In this document: positions 36,713 through 44,967 of the stretch, piece by piece
How positions within the stretch are numbered: position 1 is the stretch's first letter
Layout: each line of letters starts with the position of its first letter
From: a virus
IMG/VR virus record: IMGVR_UViG_3300045988_165774
Span: 1-57,052 of that record
Reading direction: 5' to 3' (one strand)
Length of the DNA stretch: 57,052 nt
Notes under the pieces: generated by a model
Databases searched by the model: none
Seen by the model: only the letters and a program-made list of their open reading frames with translations
What the model was told of the DNA's origin: nothing
Position numbers and translations under genes: made by a program

Positions 36713-36888
36713 CTGCCAAGACGAACAACATAAATTACGTTAGAAGGGTGTTTTTATGCCCTATTATTTCTTGAATTTTCAAGTAAAATATAGGCCGTCG
36801 AAATTCCTTCGTTGCATAGCCCTTCATCGTAAGTGTTATGTTCGTCTTGGCAGATAACGGGAAAGTCGGCGGCTTTCTTATTTTTATC
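36713..36888 (+). promoter_or_regulatory. Structured leader RNA of cassette 1 (long-range helix plus terminator-like helix)
   Basis: 36713-27 pairs with 36839-53 (15 bp). 36794-801 pairs with 36866-73 and is followed by a T-rich tract. The 12-mer TGCCAAGACGAA is repeated at the start codon (36911-22). Confidence 0.6.
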
Positions 36889-36909
36889 AACTTATAATTC
36901 ATCAACGTA

Positions 36910-37206
36910 ATGCCAAGACGAAGTGAATCTGTAAGTAATGTGAATCATAGTACCATTACAGCACGTCCACCCCGACGAAATGAGGGTCAATTACTTTCTC
37001 AGATAAAAGAGTTGCAAGCACAACTAAATCAAGTAAGACAAAAATTTGAAATCGAAAAGAGCTGCAAGAATAAAGCCTATTACTTTATTCTCAGTTCCGG
37101 AAACTTTCAAAAATTCGCGGAGTTTCATAAAAAGCATAGGGCAAATCTCGACTATCACGGGGCTTGCCTCGCGCAGCTTTATCTTGATTCATTTACTACA
37201 AAATAA
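36910..37206 (+). CDS. Small basic/coiled-coil protein with a conserved Cys/His C-terminal domain, 98 aa (family member 1)
   Basis: RPPRRNEG motif, heptad region, then CKNKAYYFILSSGNFQKFAEFHKKHRANLDYHGACLAQLYLDSFTTK. Paralogs at 44614 and 54062. Confidence 0.7.
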   Translation: MPRRSESVSNVNHSTITARPPRRNEGQLLSQIKELQAQLNQVRQKFEIEKSCKNKAYYFILSSGNFQKFAEFHKKHRANLDYHGACLAQLYLDSFTTK

Positions 37207-37213
37207 CCCTACC

Positions 37214-37939
37214 ATGAAAGAATTAGTTTTAAATTCTAATGGTCAACCTGTGACCAATAGTGTACTTGTTGCCGAAAAATTTGGCAAACAACACAAAAAC
37301 GTAATTGCCTCAATAAGAGCAATTATTGAACAAGCTGAAAATTCAGCCCGTCAAATGTTTGTTGAAAGTCAGTATGTTGACAACAAAGGCGAATCACGAC
37401 CAATGTTTATAATGAATCGTGACGGCTTTACCCTTTTAGCAATGGGATTCACCGGAAAGGAAGCATTGCAATTTAAGCTTGAATTTATCAATGCTTTCAA
37501 TAAAATGGAAAAACAGTTAAAGGAACAAAGCAATCTTTCCCCGGCTGAAATGCTTCTCAAACAATGTCAGATCATGGTAGAACATGAAAAGAGATTGTCA
37601 ACCGTTGAGCAGAAAGTTAATGAGGTATTAGCTATTCGGGAAGAAGCGCAGAAAGACATGTTATCACTCCCTCTTTCTACTGATGCTGTTCCTGAATTAA
37701 GCATGAGAGATAAAGTCCGTGCTTTGGTAAACAAATATTCCATGCACTTCAATGTTCCTCAAAAGAATGTGTGGGACCATATTTACCAAACCCTTTATTA
37801 CAATTATCATATTGCACTGCGTTCCTACGCCAGAAAGAAAAATGAGAGTCTTATTGATGTAGCTGAACGTGTAGGCGCATTGGATAAAATGTACGCAATT
37901 ATTTCAAACCTATCAAGGCAAAACGGATTAGTAGCATAA
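37214..37939 (+). CDS. Rha-family phage regulatory protein, 241 aa (ATG at 37214)
   Basis: N-terminus VTNSVLVAEKFGKQHKNVIASIRAII matches the Phage_pRha pattern. The longer track ORF (37046) overlaps the previous gene out of frame. Confidence 0.75.
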   Translation: MKELVLNSNGQPVTNSVLVAEKFGKQHKNVIASIRAIIEQAENSARQMFVESQYVDNKGESRPMFIMNRDGFTLLAMGFTGKEALQFKLEFINAFNKMEKQLKEQSNLSPAEMLLKQCQIMVEHEKRLSTVEQKVNEVLAIREEAQKDMLSLPLSTDAVPELSMRDKVRALVNKYSMHFNVPQKNVWDHIYQTLYYNYHIALRSYARKKNESLIDVAERVGALDKMYAIISNLSRQNGLVA

Positions 37940-37963
37940 ATTCCTCTTTAATAAAGAATCAGC

Positions 37964-38146
37964 ATGAAAAATAACTACACAGAAGAACAAAAAGAAAAGG
38001 TATGCGATTTAGTTTATAAATGGATGGTTGAGAATAATTGTCATTCGGCAGAACATGCATCGCAGGATGACGATTGTACGATCAATGCCATCGACTTAGT
38101 ATGTGAATTAGCTGAAATAGTTGGAATACCTTACGATGAAGATTAA
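37964..38146 (+). CDS. Hypothetical protein, 60 aa
   Basis: ORF track. Confidence 0.45.
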   Translation: MKNNYTEEQKEKVCDLVYKWMVENNCHSAEHASQDDDCTINAIDLVCELAEIVGIPYDED

Positions 38147-38149
38147 CCT

Positions 38150-38644
38150 ATGCCCCGCACCCCGAAACCCAAACAACCAAAACCGATCATTTCCCGTCTG
38201 TCAACAAACTATTCCGACTGCCGGAAATGTATCTACTACCAACCGTGGAAATTCGGATTGGTTGATTGCCCGTTTTCGGTGGTGCCGCATGAAAACTGCG
38301 TGGACAGAAAAATTGAATGTGTAAATTATAAAAAAAACATGATTGAAAATACTATTAAAAAAATTGAGCAATGGGTTGTCGACAGAAACCTGCATACCCA
38401 GGATCCAAAAGTACAGATGTGTAAAACAGTTGAAGAACTCGGAGAACTGGCCCAGGCAATAAACAAAGGCGATAGGGAAAAACAGACAGACAGCATCGGG
38501 GATACGGTTGTCACTCTCATCTGTATATCAAAACAACTGGGTATTGATTTCAGTGAATGCGTTGAATATGCATACAACGAAATCAAAGACCGGAAGGGTA
38601 AACTTATCAACGGGATATTTGTAAAAGAGGCGGATTTTGTATAA
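38150..38644 (+). CDS. MazG-like nucleotide pyrophosphohydrolase with a Cys-rich N-terminal extension, 164 aa
   Basis: EELGELAQAINKGDREKQTDSIGDTVVTLICI and NEIKDRKGK are MazG-type. The first 63 aa carry 5 Cys. An alternative start is M64 at 38339. Confidence 0.65.
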   Translation: MPRTPKPKQPKPIISRLSTNYSDCRKCIYYQPWKFGLVDCPFSVVPHENCVDRKIECVNYKKNMIENTIKKIEQWVVDRNLHTQDPKVQMCKTVEELGELAQAINKGDREKQTDSIGDTVVTLICISKQLGIDFSECVEYAYNEIKDRKGKLINGIFVKEADFV

Positions 38645-38663
38645 AAAATTAAATAAAAAAATC

Positions 38664-38948
38664 ATGATAGCACTAATTATCACATCCTTATCAGGAGACT
38701 ACTCCGGTATTGCTAAAGAAGTAGAAAAACAACTCCAAAACCAAGACAAAAAGCAAGAATCCGATGAAGTTGTAAGTATCCATCAGTTCGACATGCTTTC
38801 CCGGTCCTATGATGCAAAATTTGACGAATGCGAAAAACTCAAAGCCCGAAATCAGGAATTGGAAAAGTCAAACATTAAACTCATGGAAACGGTTAACAAG
38901 TACCAGTACTTTATCGAGTGCCAACGAAACGAAATAGATAAACTATGA
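38664..38948 (+). CDS. Hypothetical protein, 94 aa (ATG at 38664)
   Basis: Hydrophobic N-terminus then coiled coil. The track start is TTG at 38637. Confidence 0.5.
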   Translation: MIALIITSLSGDYSGIAKEVEKQLQNQDKKQESDEVVSIHQFDMLSRSYDAKFDECEKLKARNQELEKSNIKLMETVNKYQYFIECQRNEIDKL

Positions 38949-38958
38949 ATTTTTAAAC

Positions 38959-39207
38959 ATGAAAGCAGAAGATTTAATAACCAGAAATACTTTATCCAAT
39001 ATTATTTTGGATAAAAATCAACATGTAGTGTCTATTCCAATTGCAATTACTGCTATAAACATGGCTAGGTCCGAAGAACGTAAGAAAGCTATTAAGGCAT
39101 TCAAAATTGCAACAGATGGTTATTTGAACTGTGGAGGGACTAATCGTAAATCAGAGGTATTAGCACTATTTAAAGATATGCTAGGGTGTTCTAATATTAA
39201 AATTTGA
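38959..39207 (+). CDS. Hypothetical protein, 82 aa
   Basis: ORF track. Confidence 0.5.
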   Translation: MKAEDLITRNTLSNIILDKNQHVVSIPIAITAINMARSEERKKAIKAFKIATDGYLNCGGTNRKSEVLALFKDMLGCSNIKI

Positions 39208-39210
39208 AAC

Positions 39211-39495
39211 ATGGAATACGACGAATTACTCAAAGACCCGCGCTGGCAACGTAAACGGTTAGAAGCAATGCAAGCGGACAAATTCACATGCCAGATGTGT
39301 TTTCGTTCAGACAAGCCTTTAAACGTCCATCACAAAAAGTATATCCAAGGCGCTGCTCCATGGGAATACGATACAAGTGATTTAATCACCCTTTGTGAAA
39401 AGTGCCATGCAAAATATCATCGGGATGTTACTAAAACTAAAATAATGGCTAATATGCTTATAAACATTTCTGAACTATTAAAATCAGCAATATGA
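39211..39495 (+). CDS. HNH-like zinc-binding protein, 94 aa
   Basis: CQMC ... VHHKKY ... LCEKCHAKYH. Confidence 0.55.
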   Translation: MEYDELLKDPRWQRKRLEAMQADKFTCQMCFRSDKPLNVHHKKYIQGAAPWEYDTSDLITLCEKCHAKYHRDVTKTKIMANMLINISELLKSAI

Positions 39496-39496
39496 T

Positions 39497-40255
39497 ATGG
39501 CGAGACAATTAAAAGAAGGATTGAAATATTTTTCTTTTGATGTTGATTTTTTTGATGATGAGAAAATAGGTGCAATTTCTGGAGAGTTTGGGATAAAAGG
39601 AGAAATTACAGCAATAAAGCTGCTATGTGCGGTATACCGGAATGGATACTTCGCTGTGTGGAATGAGCCGTTAAAAATGAAACTTTTAAAATCCCTTCCA
39701 GGAATAAACTCTGAATTACTGGACCAGATCGTGAATCGCTTAGTTAGGTGGGGGTTCTTTGACAGCTCCTGCTTCAGCTCGGTAAAGATTCTGACTAGTG
39801 AAGGTATTCAGAAGCGATATTTTGAAGCCATTAAAAGAAGAAAGCCCAAGGAAGAATATCCTTATTTACTTATTAATGTAGACAATAATGCAATAAATGT
39901 ATGCAAAAATGACAAAAATGTATACAAAAGTACACAAAGGAAAGGAAAGAAAATAAATAATCCCCCTATAATCCCCCTTTTGGATTTTTCGTCGGAAGGA
40001 ATAATCCCGATTGAAAATTTGAAGGAAAGAATATTTTCCGAAGAAACGGCATGGATTGAGACCATAGCAATGAAGCAACAGCTTAAACCCGATGAAATAA
40101 TTAAGTGGGTGAACGATTTTTTTGACGAACTCGAGTGTATAGGTGAAAACATGAAAAGCCTAAAAGATTTCAAATCCCACTTTTTCAGGTGGCTTAAAAT
40201 CCAACTAAAAAACAGAAAGGAGGAAAAAGATGACGGAAGACTTGAAAGTTGGTAG
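39497..40255 (+). CDS. Replication initiation / helicase-loading protein (DnaD-like, Lin1244-type N-terminal domain), 252 aa
   Basis: LKYFSFDVDFFDDEKIGAISGEFGIKGEITAIKLLCAVYRNGYF pattern. Directly upstream of dnaB. Confidence 0.6.
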   Translation: MARQLKEGLKYFSFDVDFFDDEKIGAISGEFGIKGEITAIKLLCAVYRNGYFAVWNEPLKMKLLKSLPGINSELLDQIVNRLVRWGFFDSSCFSSVKILTSEGIQKRYFEAIKRRKPKEEYPYLLINVDNNAINVCKNDKNVYKSTQRKGKKINNPPIIPLLDFSSEGIIPIENLKERIFSEETAWIETIAMKQQLKPDEIIKWVNDFFDELECIGENMKSLKDFKSHFFRWLKIQLKNRKEEKDDGRLESW

Positions 40256-41594
40256 ATCAAAATCGACAATTACAGAAAAGGCTGTTTTAGGGGCGATGTT
40301 AGTGTCCCCTGATATAATTACCGATGTCGTATCGAAATTAAGCGCAGACTCTTTCTTTGATGTCAAAAACAGGATAATTTTTGAAGCCATTCTAAAACTG
40401 AATGACGATAACACGCCTGTAGACCTGATTTCCGTTGCCGAACAACTGAAACAATCCGGTAAAATCGAAGAAGCAGGAAATTACAGCTATCTGGCAGAAC
40501 TTACCAACCAGTCAGGATTAGGAATTGCGCGGATAGAATACTACTGCAAAATACTCTTACAATTACAGGTCGAACGCCTGTTGATAGACATGAGTATGGA
40601 AATTATCCGTATGTCTGACGGAACAAACGACGTATCAGATACGATTTCATTTGCTGACAGGCAACTACAACGCATCAATGATGTACTTTCCTGCAACAAC
40701 AGAATGGAGCACATTTCAACGGCAATAGAGAAAGCAGCCGATGAATCAATTATCCGGACAAACAATCGAAGGCAGGGCAAAATGACCGGTGTAACATCCG
40801 GATTAAAAGAACTCGACACGATGACCTCCGGATTCAGGGGTGGAGAATTAATAATCCTTGCCGCCCGTCCGGCGATGGGCAAGACGGCAATGTTGTTGTA
40901 TTTCGCAAAAAGTGCTGCAAGACAGGGTATTCCAGTCTGTATATACTCCCTCGAAATGGACAGCATTAGTCTTGCCGACAGGCTAATCCTTTCAGAGACG
41001 GACATCGAAGCGGACAGATACCGGAACGGATACATATCCAACGAAGAGTTCAACCAAATCGCATCGGCAAAGAAAAGACTTTCCGAACTGCCGATATACG
41101 TTGACGACAACCCGATAGTATCCATGCGCTACATCCGTGCACACTCTAAGAGAATGTCAAAGCAGGGAAAATGCGGATTGATACTCGTAGATTACTTACA
41201 ACTCGCTGATATGGGCGAAAAGGGGAAAAACCGGGAACAGGAAGTTGCACAGGCGAGCAGACAGGCAAAGATAATCGCGAAAGAGCTTAATGTGCCTTTT
41301 ATCCTTTTATCCCAGCTTAACAGAGCTTGTGAAGAACGGGCGGATAAAAAGCCACAGCTATCCGACCTTCGTGAATCAGGAGCCATCGAGCAAGATGCAG
41401 ATAAGGTTATATTCGTTTATCGTCCGGAATATTACAAGCTGAAAGATCCTCATAACAACCCGATAACCGGAGAAGGTGCGCTCATAATGGCTAAACAGCG
41501 CAACGGAGCCGTAGGTGACGTGAAATTCAGGTATAATGAAAGTCTCACGAAGATATTCGACCACAACACAAACGAATCCGGAAGACCATTTTAA
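40230..41594 (+). CDS. dnaB: Replicative DNA helicase DnaB, 454 aa
   Basis: GFRGGELIILAARPAMGKTA (Walker A), LILVDYLQL (Walker B), LSQLNR, LRESGAIEQDAD. Confidence 0.95.
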   Translation: MTEDLKVGRSKSTITEKAVLGAMLVSPDIITDVVSKLSADSFFDVKNRIIFEAILKLNDDNTPVDLISVAEQLKQSGKIEEAGNYSYLAELTNQSGLGIARIEYYCKILLQLQVERLLIDMSMEIIRMSDGTNDVSDTISFADRQLQRINDVLSCNNRMEHISTAIEKAADESIIRTNNRRQGKMTGVTSGLKELDTMTSGFRGGELIILAARPAMGKTAMLLYFAKSAARQGIPVCIYSLEMDSISLADRLILSETDIEADRYRNGYISNEEFNQIASAKKRLSELPIYVDDNPIVSMRYIRAHSKRMSKQGKCGLILVDYLQLADMGEKGKNREQEVAQASRQAKIIAKELNVPFILLSQLNRACEERADKKPQLSDLRESGAIEQDADKVIFVYRPEYYKLKDPHNNPITGEGALIMAKQRNGAVGDVKFRYNESLTKIFDHNTNESGRPF

Positions 41595-41612
41595 TAAAAA
41601 ATCACTGAAACA

Positions 41613-42146
41613 ATGAAAACATACGTAATAACACTATCAAAACAGTTTCTTTCCGGACATAAAGAGGCTGGGAAACCGACAAATTTTAGAGATAAATTCT
41701 TGCTCGGAATAGGCTGCCCGGACTGTAAAACCCAACAAGACTTATCAGGTGAAAACATATCGCCTTGCAATAGTTGCATAAGAGCGTGTATGTACCCTAA
41801 AATACATACAATGCGGTCGAATTATTCACTTTGGGAGAAACGGATTTCAGAGGTTGAACGCGGTGAAGCCTGCTTATCAATCCGAGAATGGACAGGAAAT
41901 CCATACCACAGCAAGCAGATTCAAATTGCCCGACTGACAAAGGACGACGGCGTTGGTATACAAAAATTGGAATTTCTTGATGGAAAAATCGGACTCCCTC
42001 GCATCGGAATTGTGTATCAGAGAAAAACAGAGCTCGCTTCAAATGACGGACTGATAATATGGGATTGGGAAGACTGGTTTAGAAATTACGACCTTTCAAA
42101 ATCTATGGCAATTATTCACTTCACAAAATTCCGATACGAACAATGA
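41613..42146 (+). CDS. Hypothetical protein (possibly ASCH-like), 177 aa
   Basis: ORF track. KIHTMRSNYSLWEKR segment is weakly ASCH-like. Confidence 0.5.
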   Translation: MKTYVITLSKQFLSGHKEAGKPTNFRDKFLLGIGCPDCKTQQDLSGENISPCNSCIRACMYPKIHTMRSNYSLWEKRISEVERGEACLSIREWTGNPYHSKQIQIARLTKDDGVGIQKLEFLDGKIGLPRIGIVYQRKTELASNDGLIIWDWEDWFRNYDLSKSMAIIHFTKFRYEQ

Positions 42147-42421
42147 AATGCCATTACATATACACCGATGATGGTCAAAAGGTGCTCATTCCCGGTTGTA
42201 TTGGTACGGCGGCAATGGGTATCGAGCACTGCACCTGTCGTTCTGAAAATACTCCTGCGTGTTTTGAGAGAGAACGATACAACAAAACCGTCAATGCTCT
42301 ACGAGCGGAAATAAAGGAGTTGGAACGCGAAAACGCCTGTCTCAATAGGATGATCAAGAAAATTTACCGAAAAAATGAAAATCGTACAAGAAGAACCACA
42401 GAAACTAAAAACCGACTATGA
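42143..42421 (+). CDS. Hypothetical Cys-containing protein, 92 aa
   Basis: ORF track. 4-nt overlap with the upstream gene. Confidence 0.5.
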   Translation: MKCHYIYTDDGQKVLIPGCIGTAAMGIEHCTCRSENTPACFERERYNKTVNALRAEIKELERENACLNRMIKKIYRKNENRTRRTTETKNRL

Positions 42422-42701
42422 GATAGTCGCTCCTGTCAAACAAGAATACAAAAAAGTCGGAAGTATAAACCTCAAGAGGGGTATGACACTATACGAATTT
42501 GACTTTAAGACGCTTGTTTTGAAACCTGTTCAGATAGACCGCAGGCAAGCCATGGTAGACATTAATGGGAGGCCAGTCAAGAACGCAAGAGCAACATACA
42601 ATCCGAATGCTCTCTATATTCAGGCACTGAATATGAAAAATGCCGAGAAAAAAGTAATAAAATTCTTGAAAAAACACCAACTCATAAAAAATGAAAAATG
42701 A
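42375..42701 (+). CDS. Hypothetical protein, 108 aa
   Basis: ORF track. Overlaps the previous ORF by 47 nt, so the start is uncertain. Confidence 0.45.
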   Translation: MKIVQEEPQKLKTDYEIVAPVKQEYKKVGSINLKRGMTLYEFDFKTLVLKPVQIDRRQAMVDINGRPVKNARATYNPNALYIQALNMKNAEKKVIKFLKKHQLIKNEK

Positions 42702-42880
42702 AACGATATGAGAGAAAAATAGAAAAGTTTGCAAAGCGTTTTGTTGATGCTCCATGTAGCTGGAATTGTCGGAATTGTACATCACAACAAATTGGCTGCC
42801 GATTTTGGAATGATAAAGAATCATTCAAAGCAGGAGTTTTATTTGAAAAGGATAGAATGGGAAAAGCAAAGAAAATATGA
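42698..42880 (+). CDS. Hypothetical Cys-rich protein, 60 aa
   Basis: ORF track. 4-nt overlaps on both sides. Confidence 0.45.
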   Translation: MKRYERKIEKFAKRFVDAPCSWNCRNCTSQQIGCRFWNDKESFKAGVLFEKDRMGKAKKI

Positions 42881-43260
42881 AAACAAGTAAAAGCCAGGCA
42901 AACATACTAAGCAACTTATCTTTCGTCTTGGTGGATATAATTGAAAGTTGCTTTATCGAGGCTAATGAAAAGCTAAAAAGTAAGAATTGCGAATTTAAAC
43001 ACGAAGCTAAACGCGAGTTCAACCTCCTTCTTTCCCATTGCCGGAACCTGAAAAGATATGTCCGGAATTGCAGCGAAGAAACTCAGGAGTTTTTCGGTAA
43101 GGATTCGGATATGCTGTATCAGGCCTTAAAGCTTATAATTGACAGGTGTGGTACCGATGATGTAAAGCTTTTTAAGTTCTTCAATTACATTAAGACATTC
43201 CCGTCTCAGCTTGATATGGATATTGATGACACGGTGTTCAACGGAGTGTGTAAAAAATAG
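42877..43260 (+). CDS. Hypothetical protein, 127 aa
   Basis: ORF track. Confidence 0.55.
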   Translation: MKTSKSQANILSNLSFVLVDIIESCFIEANEKLKSKNCEFKHEAKREFNLLLSHCRNLKRYVRNCSEETQEFFGKDSDMLYQALKLIIDRCGTDDVKLFKFFNYIKTFPSQLDMDIDDTVFNGVCKK

Positions 43261-43284
43261 ATTTAAAAATTATTGGTGTGTGCT

Positions 43285-43476
43285 ATGGACAAATATGGAT
43301 CGATAGATCAGAACTGGTATTCTTCCGAAAACCAGAAACATGAAAGGGAGAAAGCGACAGAAGCTTTGAAACAAATGAAAGAACTAGAAAAACAATATGA
43401 AAAATCCCGTACTGTGATTATTGAAAGAACACAGTACAAAGGAGTCAGGAAACGGTATTTAAAAACAAAATCATGA
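43285..43476 (+). CDS. Hypothetical protein, 63 aa (ATG at 43285)
   Basis: ORF track frame. The TTG start at 43273 is replaced by the ATG. Confidence 0.45.
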   Translation: MDKYGSIDQNWYSSENQKHEREKATEALKQMKELEKQYEKSRTVIIERTQYKGVRKRYLKTKS

Positions 43477-43889
43477 ATAGAGAAATATTATTCAGAGGGA
43501 AGCCTATTGATAAAAAATTCGGTGAATGGGTTGAAGGATTTTATATGGAGGATTTGGATAATGACCGGGTAAAATCGTTTATTTTTAATACCCCTTTACA
43601 GATAGAAGTAGATCCGGAAACTATAGGACAATTCATCGGAATATATGACAACGCCAGACGCAAAGCTTTCACTGGAGATTTTTTTAAAGATAACTTTGGA
43701 ACAATCCTGACGATATTCCAGACACCGGGAGGATTTGCTACAGAATGTAATCCTCTTGCTTTTGGTCATGGATATCAGGGCGGCACAAATCCTTCAATGC
43801 CTCTGTCGGATCAACAAACTGCATCTTGGTTTGAAGGTAATTGCAAGATTATAGGCAATATCCACGACAATCCGTCACTACTCAAATAA
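43473..43889 (+). CDS. YopX-family protein, 138 aa
   Basis: REILFRGK ... IGQFIG ... CKIIGNIHDNPSLL is the typical YopX pattern. Confidence 0.8.
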   Translation: MNREILFRGKPIDKKFGEWVEGFYMEDLDNDRVKSFIFNTPLQIEVDPETIGQFIGIYDNARRKAFTGDFFKDNFGTILTIFQTPGGFATECNPLAFGHGYQGGTNPSMPLSDQQTASWFEGNCKIIGNIHDNPSLLK

Positions 43890-44380
43890 TGGCTATCACA
43901 TACCCATCACATTAGTAATGTCTTGATATTCTGTTGTTTTGGGTAATGAGTATCATTCCTGATTATCAATTTATCACATAAAAATGGACGCCATCAAATG
44001 ATGACGTCCGCGCCAACTCCACCACAACAGACACCACAAAAAAAACGTGTCTGCTTTATCTATTCTTACCGAGGTAGACCAATACCCTTACAGAAATAAA
44101 CTCGCAGACACGTATATACGTAGTCCAACGAGCTTAGTATCTGTATTTTTTATTTTGGTCTTTTCGGTAAGTACTAAACTCAGCTACAACAATTACAAAA
44201 CAATATGCGCAACTCTTTGCGTGTGGCAAATATAAGAAATTATTCCTGAATTTAAATTAATAGAATAATGGATAAAGAACTACTAAACAAAATCCTGCCT
44301 TATTGCGGACATGGCCTGAAAGTGATATATGAAGATTATTTGTGTTGAATCGTTAAAAAATAATCCCTATGCAGAATGAT

Positions 44381-44411
44381 TTTGATTTGTCGGAAAAATG
44401 CCGTATGTTTG
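44381..44411 (+). promoter_or_regulatory. Promoter of cassette 2 (TTTG-N19-TATGTTTG)
   Basis: Boxes at 44381-84 and 44404-11. Confidence 0.6.
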
Positions 44412-44422
44412 CTTTCGATTCA

Positions 44423-44592
44423 GACCAAGAATCTTTTAGTGTAATTGAAAGTGCAGCATTTTTTTATGCTGTTATGTGATGTATCTTATCTAAGAAAATA
44501 AGCTACTCAAATCCCTGCGGATTGCTGTGCTTTACTGTACACAATTGATTCTTGGTCGAATTAGGGAGGCGAGTAGCTTTCTTTATTTTATT
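44423..44592 (+). promoter_or_regulatory. Structured leader RNA of cassette 2
   Basis: GACCAAGAATC 44423-33 pairs with GATTCTTGGTC 44547-57. AGCTACTC 44501-08 pairs with GAGTAGCT 44571-78 and is followed by a T-rich tract. The 11-mer recurs at 44616-26 over the start region. Confidence 0.6.
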
Positions 44593-44613
44593 AATTTCAA
44601 ATTTCATACGCGA

Positions 44614-44961
44614 ATGACCAAGAATCGTGAAAATTTGAAAGCTGCTATCAGTGTAGCATCTATTCAACGTCCACCCCGACGAAACGAGGGTAAACTACTG
44701 CAATTAGAGCGTGAAATCAAGACGCTCAAATCCGAAAACCAGGAATTAAAAACGGAACTGGCTGAACAGAAAAGGCAGAACATTCTGGAAAAGCAGAAGA
44801 AAGAGGAAGAAAAACGGTGTAAGAATCGAGCCTATTACTTTATCCTAAGCGATGGTGCTTTCCAAAGGTTTGCCGAGTTCCATAAAACACACCGGGCAAA
44901 TCTCGACTATCATGGGGCTTGTCTGGCGCAGCTTTATCTTGATTCATTTACTACAAAATAA
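44614..44961 (+). CDS. Small basic/coiled-coil Cys/His protein, 115 aa (family member 2; ATG at 44614)
   Basis: RPPRRNEG, coiled coil, then CKNRAYYFILSDGAFQRFAEFHKTHRANLDYHGACLAQLYLDSFTTK. The GTG-started track extension covers the leader. Confidence 0.7.
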   Translation: MTKNRENLKAAISVASIQRPPRRNEGKLLQLEREIKTLKSENQELKTELAEQKRQNILEKQKKEEEKRCKNRAYYFILSDGAFQRFAEFHKTHRANLDYHGACLAQLYLDSFTTK

Positions 44962-44967
44962 CTTACC

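Noticed and set aside
36756-36857. Leader peptide idea: the conserved T-run plus ATGCC motif opens a 33-codon uORF in leader 1
   Set aside because: The equivalent ATGs give only 11 codons (44466-44501) and 3 codons (53881-53892) in leaders 2 and 3, with no peptide similarity. The motif is more likely an RNA or DNA signal. Ribosome transit through the anti-strand in leader 1 cannot be excluded.
37046-37213. Upstream extension of the Rha gene ORF (track start 37046)
   Set aside because: It overlaps the conserved small Cys/His gene in another frame. The paralogous cassette shows that the true start is the MKELVL ATG (37214 and 44968).
40541-41125. 194-aa minus-strand ORF (also 39862..40269, 39866..40078 and 41192..41564)
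   Set aside because: These ORFs are antisense to dnaB and the initiator gene, which carry unambiguous motifs.
44268-44348. 26-codon ORF (MDKELLNKILPYCGHGLKVIYEDYLC) resembling the N-terminus of 46858..47196
   Set aside because: It is too short and the similarity is only a loose LL.K.L..LPYG.KV pattern. It is possibly a gene remnant and is not reported as a feature.
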